DNA from: Candidatus Paceibacter sp.
GTDB lineage: Bacteria; Patescibacteriota; Patescibacteriia; S139-126
Direction of reading: 5' to 3'
NCBI GenBank assembly: GCA_020724865.1
Contig: DYGA01000004.1
Location: 6,351-70,350 of the forward strand
Length of the DNA stretch: 64,000 nt
This document shows positions 27,458 through 36,909 of the stretch, one piece after another. The notes below the pieces were generated by a model, which ran no database searches, was not told where the DNA came from, and was given only the letters and a program-made list of their open reading frames with translations. A program made the position numbers and the translations under genes. Position 1 is the stretch's first letter. Every line of letters begins with the position of its first letter.

Positions 27458-28144
27458 TTATTTAATTATTGTGCCGTAATTTGTATTTTTCCAGATTTTT
27501 AATAAATTTCCCGGCTGCCATTTACAAACCCTGATTGATAAATTCAATTCTCTAGCTAAAGCCAAAGCGGCCATATCTATAACATTTAAACTAGCTACTA
27601 AAGCTTGGTTGTGTGATAAAACTTTAAATCTTTTCGCTGATTTATTTGTCTTAGGATCAGAGTCATACACTCCATTTACTTTGGTCAACTTTATAACCTG
27701 TTCAACTCCTAAGCTTGCCCCAAAAATTACTGCTGCGGTATCGGTTGTAACATAAGGCAACCCTGTGCCACCAAAAATAATAACTTTACCAGATAAAAAA
27801 TCATTTTTGGCTCGATCGGGATTAAAATGTTGACTGGCCTGAGTGATATTTAAAGTGCTATCAAGTACAGCTGGGACTTTTATATTTTCCAAAGCTGCTT
27901 GCAAAATCAAACCATTTATAAAAGCCGCGGACATCCCGGCATAATCAAGTTTTAATCTAGATAAATTTTTTATTTGCTTGCCTCTGATAATATTTCCGGC
28001 TCCAACTACCACGGCTATTTTTACTTTATGTTGATAGAGCTTTTTTATCTCTTTGGCCAATATCATAGCTTTGTCAGGTGATACGGCCTGGTTAGAGTTA
28101 GCAAAAAATTCACCAGATAATTTAAGCAAAATTTTTTTCATCAA
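27458..28144 (-). CDS. pyrH: uridylate (UMP) kinase
   Basis: ILLKLSGE N-terminus, VVGAGN, and amino-acid-kinase fold segments. Length 228 aa. Confidence 0.9.
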   Translation of the reverse strand: MMKKILLKLSGEFFANSNQAVSPDKAMILAKEIKKLYQHKVKIAVVVGAGNIIRGKQIKNLSRLKLDYAGMSAAFINGLILQAALENIKVPAVLDSTLNITQASQHFNPDRAKNDFLSGKVIIFGGTGLPYVTTDTAAVIFGASLGVEQVIKLTKVNGVYDSDPKTNKSAKRFKVLSHNQALVASLNVIDMAALALARELNLSIRVCKWQPGNLLKIWKNTNYGTIIK

Positions 28145-28154
28145 AATAATTTTA

Positions 28155-28187
28155 CCTTAAAAAATAAATCCCGCCAATGGCGGGATT
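28155..28187 (-). terminator. intrinsic terminator / attenuator between tsf and pyrH (minus strand)
   Basis: Hairpin atcccgcc-aat-ggcgggat (28168-28186), 4 nt after the tsf stop, followed on the minus strand by ttattttttaagg. Confidence 0.55.
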
Positions 28188-28189
28188 AT

Positions 28190-28777
28190 TTATATACTCA
28201 ACCTATAAAATTTACCAATCTTTATATTTTCACCTATTTTAGCAATATTCTGAGTTAATAATTTTTCAACAGTTAAATTATCATCTTTAATATAATTTTG
28301 TCTCAGTAAACAATGCTGGCTATAAAATTTATCTAATTTGCCTTCCACAATTTTTTCCAAAACTTCTGCTGGTTTACCAGCGTTTTGCATTTCTGCCCGA
28401 TAAATTTCTTTTTCTTTTACTTTTATTTCTTCGGGAACATCTTCAGGCGAAAGATATGATGGATTCATAGCCGCCACTTGCATGGCTAACTCTTTTGCTA
28501 AATTTTGAAAATCTTCATTTCTAGCAACAAAATCTGTTTCACACAATAACTCGACCATTGCCCCCACCTTACCATTGCTATGCAAATAAACTCCGATATA
28601 ACCTTCTTTTACCTGACGAGTAGATTTTTTCGAAGCAATAGTTTGTCCTCTTTTTCTCAAAACTTCTAAAGCTTTGTTAATATCACCTCCAGCTTCAATC
28701 AATGCCTGTTTAGCATCCATCATACCGGCTCCAGTTTGCTCTCTTAGTTGTTTTACATTTTCAGCAGATATAGACAT
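28190..28777 (-). CDS. tsf: elongation factor Ts
   Basis: MSISAENVKQLREQTGAGMMDAKQAL UBA-like N-terminus typical of EF-Ts. The start is taken at the internal Met (28777) rather than the ORF-track 28792. Confidence 0.9.
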   Translation of the reverse strand: MSISAENVKQLREQTGAGMMDAKQALIEAGGDINKALEVLRKRGQTIASKKSTRQVKEGYIGVYLHSNGKVGAMVELLCETDFVARNEDFQNLAKELAMQVAAMNPSYLSPEDVPEEIKVKEKEIYRAEMQNAGKPAEVLEKIVEGKLDKFYSQHCLLRQNYIKDDNLTVEKLLTQNIAKIGENIKIGKFYRLSI

Positions 28778-28816
28778 AGTTATCAATATCAATAATTAAT
28801 AAATTAAAATCTTGAA

Positions 28817-29554
28817 TTAATTTTTTTTAACTTTTTTTTCTTCAACCTTTGGTTTTTTTTCATATTCTTTTTTTCCAAAACTAACTGCTGCGGCAATAAC
28901 TTTTGTAATAATTTCCACTGACTTTACAGCGTCATCATTGGCTGGTATAGGTAAATCTACCTTACTAGGATCTACATTAGTATCACACATAGCCACAATT
29001 GGCACACCTTTTTTTCTCGCTTCTGTTACGGCTGTTTTCTCTTCACGAATATCTACGACATAAACTATACTTGGTAGTTTAACCATCTGTCTAATACCAC
29101 CAACTTTTTGTATTAAATTTTGATAATCCTTTTCCAATTCCAATTGTTCTTTTTTTGTATACTTATTCCATTCACCTTTTTCTTTTTGCTTTTCCAATTT
29201 ATCTAATTTTCTAATCAATTTAATAATTGTACTAAAATTAGTAAAAGTCCCTCCTACCCATTTATCAATCACATAAGGGCTATTGGCCGATTCAGCAGCT
29301 TGTTTGACTATATCCCTAATCTGCCGTTTAGTGCCGATAAACAATACTTCGCCACCATTGGCAGTTTCGTCAATAATAAAATTTACCGCTTTTTCTAATT
29401 GCGCGTAAGTTTTTTCCAAATCAATAATATGGACATCATTTCTTTGAGTATAAATAAAAGGCTTCATTTTTGGATGCCAACGTGACTTTTTATGGCCAAA
29501 ATGAACCCCTGATTTTAACATCTCCATTAGAGATGGAAGTTTTAATTTTTCCAT
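28817..29554 (-). CDS. rpsB: 30S ribosomal protein S2 with Lys-rich C-terminal tail
   Basis: ..MLKSGVHFGHKKSRWHPKM.. S2 signature. Start likely at MEKLKLP (29554). C-terminal KKEYEKKPKVEEKKVKKN extension. Confidence 0.9.
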   Translation of the reverse strand: MEKLKLPSLMEMLKSGVHFGHKKSRWHPKMKPFIYTQRNDVHIIDLEKTYAQLEKAVNFIIDETANGGEVLFIGTKRQIRDIVKQAAESANSPYVIDKWVGGTFTNFSTIIKLIRKLDKLEKQKEKGEWNKYTKKEQLELEKDYQNLIQKVGGIRQMVKLPSIVYVVDIREEKTAVTEARKKGVPIVAMCDTNVDPSKVDLPIPANDDAVKSVEIITKVIAAAVSFGKKEYEKKPKVEEKKVKKN

Positions 29555-29794
29555 TACTTTTTTCCTTTCTTTCCTCAAAATTTTTGAGGAGCCTCTACTT
29601 TTCTCAACTTAGTTTATATACCCAAAGACAAAATGGGCAGGAAAATAAACTAATCAAAAAGTATGAGTGATTTAATATTTAATAAAAGATCTCATTTGAG
29701 ATCATAAATATTATAACAAAAAAATAAAATCTGGCAAGTTCAATTAGCCAAAATAAAAAAATATGCTAAAATTAGAAAGATAAATTAAATATCT

Positions 29795-30196
29795 ATGAAC
29801 GGATTAGAAAAAATTATCCTAAACAGAATTAAAAAACCTTGGAAATGGTTATCAGACATTTGGGGAATTTTAGCTATGATAATATTTACTTGGGATTTTT
29901 TTCAACCTGATAAATTACGTGTAGAAACCACGGGAATAGCTATTATTTATACAGCCATTTTGGTAATTTACGTATCCAACAAAGAATACCTCCGCTGGCA
30001 AAAAAATAATTTTGTTTCCCAATATGCTGGTGAAATTTTTATTGTCTTGTGGACCGTTTTGTTATTTTTATTTGTTTTCCTGACAGCTCTGTTTCCAGAA
30101 AAATACACTGTTCCGGCTACCTTTTATACAACTTATATTACCATTTTGGGATTATTTGCTATTTCTTTAAATTCTAAAAAATTAAAGAAAAATTAA
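29795..30196 (+). CDS. hypothetical membrane protein (4 TM)
   Basis: Four hydrophobic helices. No recognisable motif. Confidence 0.4.
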   Translation: MNGLEKIILNRIKKPWKWLSDIWGILAMIIFTWDFFQPDKLRVETTGIAIIYTAILVIYVSNKEYLRWQKNNFVSQYAGEIFIVLWTVLLFLFVFLTALFPEKYTVPATFYTTYITILGLFAISLNSKKLKKN

Positions 30197-30262
30197 ACTT
30201 GCCTATTTTTAGTGAATATGTTAGTATATTTCTACTTTAAACAATTGAATTTATAAGTTATT

Positions 30263-30544
30263 ATGAAACCGAATATCCATCCAAAATATTATCCGCAAGC
30301 GACTATCAGTTGTGCCTGTGGTCAAACTTTTACCGTTGGTTCAACCGTAGAAAAAATTAATGTAGAAATTTGTTCTAATTGCCATCCATTTTATACTGGT
30401 AAATCAACTATCGTTGATACTGCGGGGAGAGTTGATAGATTCAAAAAACGACAAGCCAAAGCTGAAGAAAAAGTTAAAAAAACATTGTCACCTGCACAAA
30501 AAAAAGCTAAAGCCATATCACGACGCGGTAAAAAAGAAAAATAA
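30263..30544 (+). CDS. rpmE: 50S ribosomal protein L31 (zinc-ribbon type) with Lys-rich tail
   Basis: [14 protein letters not shown]....[11 protein letters not shown] is the canonical L31 sequence with two CxxC pairs. Confidence 0.85.
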   Translation: MKPNIHPKYYPQATISCACGQTFTVGSTVEKINVEICSNCHPFYTGKSTIVDTAGRVDRFKKRQAKAEEKVKKTLSPAQKKAKAISRRGKKEK

Positions 30545-30555
30545 CCACATAAATA

Positions 30556-30596
30556 TCAAAAATCCCTGCTTTTATAATGGCAGGGATTTTGTTATG
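30556..30596 (+). terminator. intrinsic terminator after rpmE
   Basis: Hairpin atccctgc-ttttataatg-gcagggat (30562-30587), followed by tttgtt. Confidence 0.5.
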
Positions 30597-30604
30597 CTTT
30601 TAAT

Positions 30605-31651
30605 ATGATGAAAGAAAAAATTGAACAACTTAAAAAAACTTGTCAGGAACTTGAAAAAAAACTGGCTGAATCTAGTAAAGATCCGCAAGCTTTAAAAATA
30701 AATTCTCAAGCTTACAATGAGGCCAAGGAATTATTGGGTCTTTATGAAAAACTTAACCAAACTATCAATGCTATTAATGAAGCTGAGGCAGCTTTAAATG
30801 AAACCGACCCCGAGTTAAGAACTTTAGCTGAGGAAGAACTAGCTCAACTTAATCCAAAAAAAATTGAATTGGAAGAAAAAATAAAAGAAATCGAACATCC
30901 AGCTTCACCTTATGATAAAAAAAATATCATTATGGAAATTAGAGCCGGAACAGGTGGCGAAGAAGCCGCTTTATTTGCCGGCGATTTATTTCGTATGTAT
31001 TCACGTTGGGCAGAAAAACAAGGTTGGAAAACTACACTACTATCAACCAATCGAACTGGGATTGGTGGTTTTAAAGAAATTATTTTTGAGATATCGGGCA
31101 AAAATGTTTACAGCAATTTAAAATATGAATCGGGTGTCCATAGAGTACAAAGAGTGCCAATCACAGAAAAATCAGGACGGATTCATACTTCCGCTGCTAC
31201 TGTGGCGGTGATGCCAGAAGCGGAAGAAATTGATTTAAAAATTGATCCTAAAGACTTAGAAATTGAAGCATCTACTTCTACTGGACATGGCGGACAATCA
31301 GTAAATACTACCTACTCAGCAATCCGGATTACCCATAAACCAACTGGCATTGTGGTTAAATGCCAAGATGAGCGCAGTCAACAACAAAATAAAGCCAAAG
31401 CTATGCAAGTATTACGTTCAAGATTGCTAGCTTTAGAAGAAGAAAAAAGACAACAAGCTGAATCAGCTTTACGTAAATCTCAAGTTGGCTCAGGCGATCG
31501 CAGCGAAAAAATAAGAACTTATAATTGGCCACAGAATCGTTTAACTGATCACCGCATAAATCTTACCCTACATAATCTTGACTTAATTTTGGATGGTGAT
31601 TTAGACGAAATTATTACTGCTTTAAAAAAAGCCGATAAAACTAATAATTAA
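30605..31651 (+). CDS. prfA: peptide chain release factor 1
   Basis: GGQ motif ([12 protein letters not shown]). [26 protein letters not shown] parallels the RF1 PxT region (E. coli [26 protein letters not shown]). Confidence 0.9.
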   Translation: MMKEKIEQLKKTCQELEKKLAESSKDPQALKINSQAYNEAKELLGLYEKLNQTINAINEAEAALNETDPELRTLAEEELAQLNPKKIELEEKIKEIEHPASPYDKKNIIMEIRAGTGGEEAALFAGDLFRMYSRWAEKQGWKTTLLSTNRTGIGGFKEIIFEISGKNVYSNLKYESGVHRVQRVPITEKSGRIHTSAATVAVMPEAEEIDLKIDPKDLEIEASTSTGHGGQSVNTTYSAIRITHKPTGIVVKCQDERSQQQNKAKAMQVLRSRLLALEEEKRQQAESALRKSQVGSGDRSEKIRTYNWPQNRLTDHRINLTLHNLDLILDGDLDEIITALKKADKTNN

Positions 31652-31665
31652 TATTCTGTATAGTT

Positions 31666-32820
31666 ATGCAAAACACCAGAAAAAAAATTTGGCAAATTTT
31701 CGGTCTGGTGGTTATTTGGCGTGTTATTATTCAATTGTTTATTTTCCTCACTAAACACCGTCTGAATTTAAATGTTGATTTAGCCTATGATAATTCCAAT
31801 ATAAACATCTGGGTAAACACTCTACCAAATTGGCTTAAAAGTTTTGCCAATTGGGACTCGGGTTGGTATTTATCAATCGCTAACCAAGGCTATCATTATA
31901 TTGATCAAACCACAAATGCGGTTTTTTTTCCCTTATATCCCCTACTAATTAGATATATTGGTAACATTTTTAAACTGGACTACTTATTAACTGGTTTAAT
32001 AATTTCTCTATTGGCTATTTTTATTGCCTTGATTTATCTATATAAACTTATTAAAATTGACTATTCGGAAAATATTGCCTGGTCAAGTTTAATTTTTCTA
32101 TTAATATTTCCCACTGCTCTATTTTTTTCCTTGGTTTATACCGAAGCACTATTTATCTGTTTGGTGATAATGACTTTTTACTACGCCAGACAAAACCAAT
32201 GGCCGTTAGTAGGTATTATTGGCTTTTTTGTGGTATTAACTAAACCGTGGGGCATAGCTTTATTAATACCATTACTAATTGAATATTATCAAACATTAAA
32301 CTTTTCAATTAAAAAAACTACAAAAAGCATAGGCTATTTTTTATTAATGCCCTTAGGTTTTCTTTTGCACGCTCAATTTTTAAAAATTAAATTTGGTTCT
32401 TACTTTATATTTATGAGCGGACAAAAAATGTGGCACGCTGATAACGCTTATAATTTTTTATTGACTTTTAAAAATTACTTTAATAATATTTTCATTTATA
32501 TTTCTGACAATCCGGCTTTTCAATCAGCAATAACTTTGGATTTTATATTTTTTGTTTTCGGATTAACAGCCAGTTTTTATATATTTTTTAAAATTAGGAA
32601 ATCTTATGGAGTGTATACCCTGCTTACCTGTTTAATTCCTGCTTTAACTGGAATCTTTGTATCTATGTCTCGTTATATATTAGTTGCTTTCCCTATTTAT
32701 ATTATGTTAGCCTTATGGTCAGAAAAAAATAAATTAATTCAATTTAGTATTTATCTAATTTCTCTAATGTTATTTAGTTTATTTACTATTTTGTTTATAA
32801 ATAATTATTGGGTGGCTTAA
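31666..32820 (+). CDS. polytopic integral membrane protein, possibly GT-C-like glycosyltransferase (DUF2029-like)
   Basis: At least 9 TM helices with large loops. Inserted between prfA and prmC. Assignment by topology only. Confidence 0.35.
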   Translation: MQNTRKKIWQIFGLVVIWRVIIQLFIFLTKHRLNLNVDLAYDNSNINIWVNTLPNWLKSFANWDSGWYLSIANQGYHYIDQTTNAVFFPLYPLLIRYIGNIFKLDYLLTGLIISLLAIFIALIYLYKLIKIDYSENIAWSSLIFLLIFPTALFFSLVYTEALFICLVIMTFYYARQNQWPLVGIIGFFVVLTKPWGIALLIPLLIEYYQTLNFSIKKTTKSIGYFLLMPLGFLLHAQFLKIKFGSYFIFMSGQKMWHADNAYNFLLTFKNYFNNIFIYISDNPAFQSAITLDFIFFVFGLTASFYIFFKIRKSYGVYTLLTCLIPALTGIFVSMSRYILVAFPIYIMLALWSEKNKLIQFSIYLISLMLFSLFTILFINNYWVA

Positions 32821-32827
32821 AAAATAT

Positions 32828-33667
32828 TTGCATGTTGATGAATATATGACTATAAAAGAAATTTTAAACTGGGCTAGCAACAAATTAAAATTTTTAAATT
32901 CTCCTCAGCTTGACGCTGAGGTGCTTTTAAGTTTTGTTTTAAAAAAAGACAAAATATATCTTTATACTTATCCGGAAAAGTCGCTTACTATTACACAAAT
33001 TAAAAAATATATATCACTAATAAATAAACGACGAAATTATGTACCAGTTGCTTACTTAACTCATCATAAAGAATTTTATAATCTAAATTTTTATATTAAT
33101 AAAAATGTCCTTGTCCCTCGACCAGCTACAGAAATTTTAGTTGACCAAAGTATCAGTTTAATAAACAAATATAATCTGAAAACCTTAGCCGATATTGGTA
33201 CGGGTAGTGGTTGTATAGCTATTAGTATAAAAAAAAATCTGCCCCAAATAAAAGTATACGCCAATGATATAAATAAAAAAGCTCTTTGGGTAGCTAAAAA
33301 AAATGCTCAGTTAAATAAAACAAAAATAATTTTTAAACATGGAGATTTATTAACACCATATAAACATTTGCCAATTGATATTTTTGTTGCCAATTTGCCT
33401 TATCTTAGCCATAAAATTTATCAAAAAGAAAAATCAATTAAACATGAACCCAAACAAGCCCTTTTTGCTAAAAATCAAGGACTTAAGTATATTGAAGATG
33501 TAATTTTGCAAATAGAAAATCTTGATTATAAACCTAAATTCTTATTAATTGAATTTGACCCTTGGCAAAAAAAAATTATTATCAATAAAACAAAAAAATA
33601 CAATTATAAAACTAAAATAATTAAAGATTTTGATCAACTTGATCGCACATTAACAATTGAATTATAA
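32828..33667 (+). CDS. prmC: release factor glutamine N5-methyltransferase (HemK/PrmC)
   Basis: SAM motif LADIGTGSGCIAISI. Substrate motif ANLPY (NPPY variant). Genomic pairing with prfA. Confidence 0.8.
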   Translation: MHVDEYMTIKEILNWASNKLKFLNSPQLDAEVLLSFVLKKDKIYLYTYPEKSLTITQIKKYISLINKRRNYVPVAYLTHHKEFYNLNFYINKNVLVPRPATEILVDQSISLINKYNLKTLADIGTGSGCIAISIKKNLPQIKVYANDINKKALWVAKKNAQLNKTKIIFKHGDLLTPYKHLPIDIFVANLPYLSHKIYQKEKSIKHEPKQALFAKNQGLKYIEDVILQIENLDYKPKFLLIEFDPWQKKIIINKTKKYNYKTKIIKDFDQLDRTLTIEL

Positions 33668-33699
33668 ACTTAAAAATAATTGATAAAAAGGAGACGAAA

Positions 33700-34059
33700 A
33701 TGGAATGGGAATTAACAGCAAAAATATTTGATTATTACAGGGGAAGCAATCAAGAGGATATCTTAACAGACGATGAAAATATCCAAAAAATAAAAAATGT
33801 TTGCTCGCAATGGAACCAAACTGGACCAGGTTTTGGTATTCAAATTATAACCATCGACAAAAAAATTCATCGCGGTCTGGCGTGGTGTATTTTTCCTTAT
33901 AAAAAGAAAATTAAATACTACTTGGAAGAATATCATCAAGATAAAGTTATGATTAACTATTATGAGATACCGTTTAATAATATCATCAGCATAAAATATT
34001 TAGGCAAAACAAACACAGTCAGACCAGTAATAAATCAACCGTTATTCAATCATCACTAA
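33700..34059 (+). CDS. hypothetical protein (119 aa)
   Basis: Good SD (AAAAGGAG, 8 nt upstream). No homology recognised. Confidence 0.4.
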   Translation: MEWELTAKIFDYYRGSNQEDILTDDENIQKIKNVCSQWNQTGPGFGIQIITIDKKIHRGLAWCIFPYKKKIKYYLEEYHQDKVMINYYEIPFNNIISIKYLGKTNTVRPVINQPLFNHH

Positions 34060-34073
34060 ACCGTGGAGGCGAA

Positions 34074-34469
34074 ATGAAAAAACTAAATAATTTATTAATA
34101 ATTTTGCGGCAACAGTGGTTGGCAGACAAAAAAATGGACATAAATATTTTGCTAAATGTCAATGACGAAATTAGATTACTTAACCGCAAAGAAAAAAAAC
34201 CACTAAAAGTAAATTTGAGTTTTTATAAACTCAAAAGATTACAAACAATTACCGGTCTTTGTTCATATTTAAATTTATTGATTGGAAATAGAATTAACAA
34301 TAGCTATTTGACGGCAGAAATTAAAACTTGGAAAAAAATAAACAGAAAAAGCTGTGGTAAAACTATAAAACAAAAAATATACTATTTGAAAAAAGTTAAA
34401 ATTCCAATATACAATCTTATGTCAATCCAAGCTGAAACTATTCCCAATTTATTAAAAAAGTACATATAA
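34074..34469 (+). CDS. hypothetical basic protein (131 aa)
   Basis: SD-like GGAGG upstream. Lys/Arg-rich. No homology recognised. Confidence 0.4.
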   Translation: MKKLNNLLIILRQQWLADKKMDINILLNVNDEIRLLNRKEKKPLKVNLSFYKLKRLQTITGLCSYLNLLIGNRINNSYLTAEIKTWKKINRKSCGKTIKQKIYYLKKVKIPIYNLMSIQAETIPNLLKKYI

Positions 34470-34500
34470 AACCTGTTAATTAATTTATTAACAGGTTTTT
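34466..34500. terminator. bidirectional terminator between convergent genes
   Basis: Hairpin aaacctgttaat-taattt-attaacaggttt (34468-34497), followed by ttttctctttt on the plus strand and an A-run on the other side. Confidence 0.6.
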
Positions 34501-34514
34501 CTCTTTTATAATTT

Positions 34515-35606
34515 TTATTCAAATATTATTTCCCTATTCTCAGGTACAACTAAAATCCAAGTTAATCCTGGCAATAAAACTACTTTATTTTCTTGATCAA
34601 TAAATTCAGTTGGCGAAAATTCTGTATTTTTAAACCAAGTAATATTTTTTTTATTCCCGGACTGAATTAAATATCCATCACCCTTACCAACAATCGTCAG
34701 TGATAATCTTCCGGCATTGTCTAAAACAATTTCAGGCGGAATTAATTGAATGATTATATTACTAACATCTATTGGCAAACCAGTTGCCGAATCTTTTTTA
34801 AAATTTTTACCATCATAACGTCGATAAGTATTTACATCTGGTAAATAAACAAACTGAGCATCATAAATTTCTCCATTACTAAAATCAACCATTATCTTAA
34901 CAGCACTCGAACTCGATACTAAAGATAGATTGCTAGAATAAATAAAATTATCATAAACGCCGCGAACGTTTTTGTCTAAATTAAAATCCAATAATACCTG
35001 TTTTAAATTTTGAGAATTTATATATAAATTATGTGGAGCAGATTTTTTTGGACTACGATAAAAATATCTTGGCCCATAACCAGATATTTCATTTAAATCT
35101 ATAACTGGGCTCCTAGCAATTAAGGACAAAGCATCTGGACTACCACCGGCATGGACATATAAAGCGGCAAATTCTGAAGCCCAACTGACAAAATAAGGAC
35201 GCGCTGATCTAACCGGACCTATTTCAGTTTCAACCTTATTCAAATTTATTATGGCCATTAATCGTGTTGCACCGCCTTCTACTGGAGCTTCATAAATAAA
35301 ATCAGCCGTTCCTAAGCCGCTTTGCGGCCTAGCTAAAGAATTATTATCAATCATCACAGCTACAGGATAAGTAGAAGAAACCATTTGAATAAAAGTTTGC
35401 TCATTGGCTATTTTTTCATTAGCAACAGATTCTTTATTTAAATCATAAAAATATTTAGGCTCAACAATAGCTAAACTACTAATGACATTTTCAAATAAAA
35501 TAAAACTTCCAAAAACCAACCAGACAAACAAGCACAAAACTATTATGGCAATTATTTTATCTCGATAAACAAAAAACAAATCTTTATTTTTCCTATTATT
35601 GGTCAT
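34515..35606 (-). CDS. DUF3048 domain (YerB-like) membrane-anchored/lipoprotein
   Basis: TM anchor, then PVAVMIDNNSLARPQSGLGTADFIYEAPVEGGATRLMAI typical of DUF3048. Confidence 0.7.
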   Translation of the reverse strand: MTNNRKNKDLFFVYRDKIIAIIVLCLFVWLVFGSFILFENVISSLAIVEPKYFYDLNKESVANEKIANEQTFIQMVSSTYPVAVMIDNNSLARPQSGLGTADFIYEAPVEGGATRLMAIINLNKVETEIGPVRSARPYFVSWASEFAALYVHAGGSPDALSLIARSPVIDLNEISGYGPRYFYRSPKKSAPHNLYINSQNLKQVLLDFNLDKNVRGVYDNFIYSSNLSLVSSSSAVKIMVDFSNGEIYDAQFVYLPDVNTYRRYDGKNFKKDSATGLPIDVSNIIIQLIPPEIVLDNAGRLSLTIVGKGDGYLIQSGNKKNITWFKNTEFSPTEFIDQENKVVLLPGLTWILVVPENREIIFE

Positions 35607-36099
35607 TTTTCATTATAGTAAAACCGTTGGGTAATTCTTTAGCAAAATTATATTTAGGACAACTACCTTGACCGTGATCATTTTGATAAGTTTCAAAATT
35701 AACAATTTGCAATACATAATACTCAGTCAAACAATTATTACTACCATAAGGAAATTTTTGATAACGATAAAAATAAGTATTATTATTTAAAGGATCTCTA
35801 ATTTGTCCTGTTAATATATTTTCATCATATAAAGGTTTTAAAAAATTGGAAGATCCGCCACTTGGTGAAATTGTCATATCCCAACCTTGCCAATCATCTT
35901 CCGATTCAGGATATTTGCCATGACGATCATAATAAATATCTAAAGCTTTGACTATTTGATTGATATCAGCTTTACGCTTAGTATCTCTAACTTTTGCTCT
36001 TATATCATCAAAACCAACAAAAAATATCACCAAAATACAGCTGACAATTATGATGGCAAAGCTTTTTCTTAATTTACTTGTTCCTTTGGTTTGCAACAT
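35596..36099 (-). CDS. hypothetical membrane-anchored protein (pseudopilin-like C-terminal region?)
   Basis: N-terminal TM anchor but no canonical prepilin G/F/E motif. Small secreted domain with Cys pair. Confidence 0.35.
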   Translation of the reverse strand: MLQTKGTSKLRKSFAIIIVSCILVIFFVGFDDIRAKVRDTKRKADINQIVKALDIYYDRHGKYPESEDDWQGWDMTISPSGGSSNFLKPLYDENILTGQIRDPLNNNTYFYRYQKFPYGSNNCLTEYYVLQIVNFETYQNDHGQGSCPKYNFAKELPNGFTIMKNDQ

Positions 36100-36139
36100 A
36101 TTATCTTAATATATTATAATTATAACACATTAAATAAAA

Positions 36140-36168
36140 AATAAATTCCGCTATTTGCGGAATTTATT
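36140..36168 (-). terminator. intrinsic terminator after rplY (minus strand)
   Basis: Hairpin aaattccgc-tattt-gcggaattt (36143-36165), followed on the minus strand by a T-run. Confidence 0.55.
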
Positions 36169-36184
36169 TTACATATAATTATAT

Positions 36185-36844
36185 TTATTTATTGTCCTTA
36201 CTGGATTCAGTTTCAGTTTTAACTTCAGCCCCTTCAGTTTCAGTTTTAACTTCAGCCCCTTCAGTTTCAGTCGCTACTTCTTCAGATTTTGCTTCCACTC
36301 TAGGTTGTTGGACTAAACAAATCGGCACATCATTTTCGACCAAAACTTCAATGCCCGCCGGCCAACTTACATCACCAACAGTTATAACTTTACCAAATTC
36401 ATCAAGTGGACTAATGTCAATTTCTACTTTTGCTATTAAATCTTTTGGTAAACAAGTAATCGGTACATGACTTAAACTTTTTACCAAAATGCCTCCCAAC
36501 TCTTTTACAGCTCTCGCCGTACCAATAAATTCAAGGGGCAAATCGGTTGTAAGTTTTTCGTCCATTTTCACTACATAAAAATCAACATGAATCACTTGGT
36601 CGTTAACAGGATCCAACTGAACATCTTTAATTAGTACATTAAAAGGTTTAGCATCATCAACAGATAACATAACTAAGGTGCTTTCACCAACTTGATTAAA
36701 AAGCTTTTCAAAATCTACCCGAGAGAAAATGACATGAATGTTTTTCTTATTGTGCCCATAAACTTCCCCGGGTATAAATCCTTGCTGACGTAAATCTAAA
36801 AGGTTTACATCATCTGGCCGTGTTTTTACTTTAAATTCATACAT
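36185..36844 (-). CDS. rplY: 50S ribosomal protein L25 / general stress protein Ctc, with C-terminal acidic repeat tail
   Basis: L25 N-terminal domain (RQQGFIPGEVYGHNKKNIHV..). C-terminal tail ETEGAEVKTETEGAEVKTETE is encoded by a 27-bp tandem repeat. Confidence 0.8.
   Translation of the reverse strand: MYEFKVKTRPDDVNLLDLRQQGFIPGEVYGHNKKNIHVIFSRVDFEKLFNQVGESTLVMLSVDDAKPFNVLIKDVQLDPVNDQVIHVDFYVVKMDEKLTTDLPLEFIGTARAVKELGGILVKSLSHVPITCLPKDLIAKVEIDISPLDEFGKVITVGDVSWPAGIEVLVENDVPICLVQQPRVEAKSEEVATETEGAEVKTETEGAEVKTETESSKDNK
36206..36272. repeat. 27-bp tandem direct repeat (about 2.5 copies) inside the 3' end of rplY
   Basis: ttcagtttcagttttaacttcagcccc occurs at 36206-36232 and 36233-36259, with a partial third copy at 36260-36272. 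It encodes the TETEGAEVK repeats. Confidence 0.9.
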
Positions 36845-36909
36845 ATTATAAAACTTAACAATTACGTGCTATCTATTGTAACAAAAAAAAATAAGTAGTC
36901 AACCCTGCC

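Noticed and set aside
29579-29794. Possible replication origin at the divergent strand-switch.
   Set aside because: - There is no cluster of DnaA boxes. Only isolated near-matches exist elsewhere, for example atatccaca at 18883.
- There is no adjacent dnaA or dnaN.
35596-36099. Second type IV pilin or pseudopilin.
   Set aside because: The N-terminus (RKSFAIIIVSC) lacks the G(-1)/F(+1)/E(+5) prepilin peptidase signature seen in the 16257..16760 gene.
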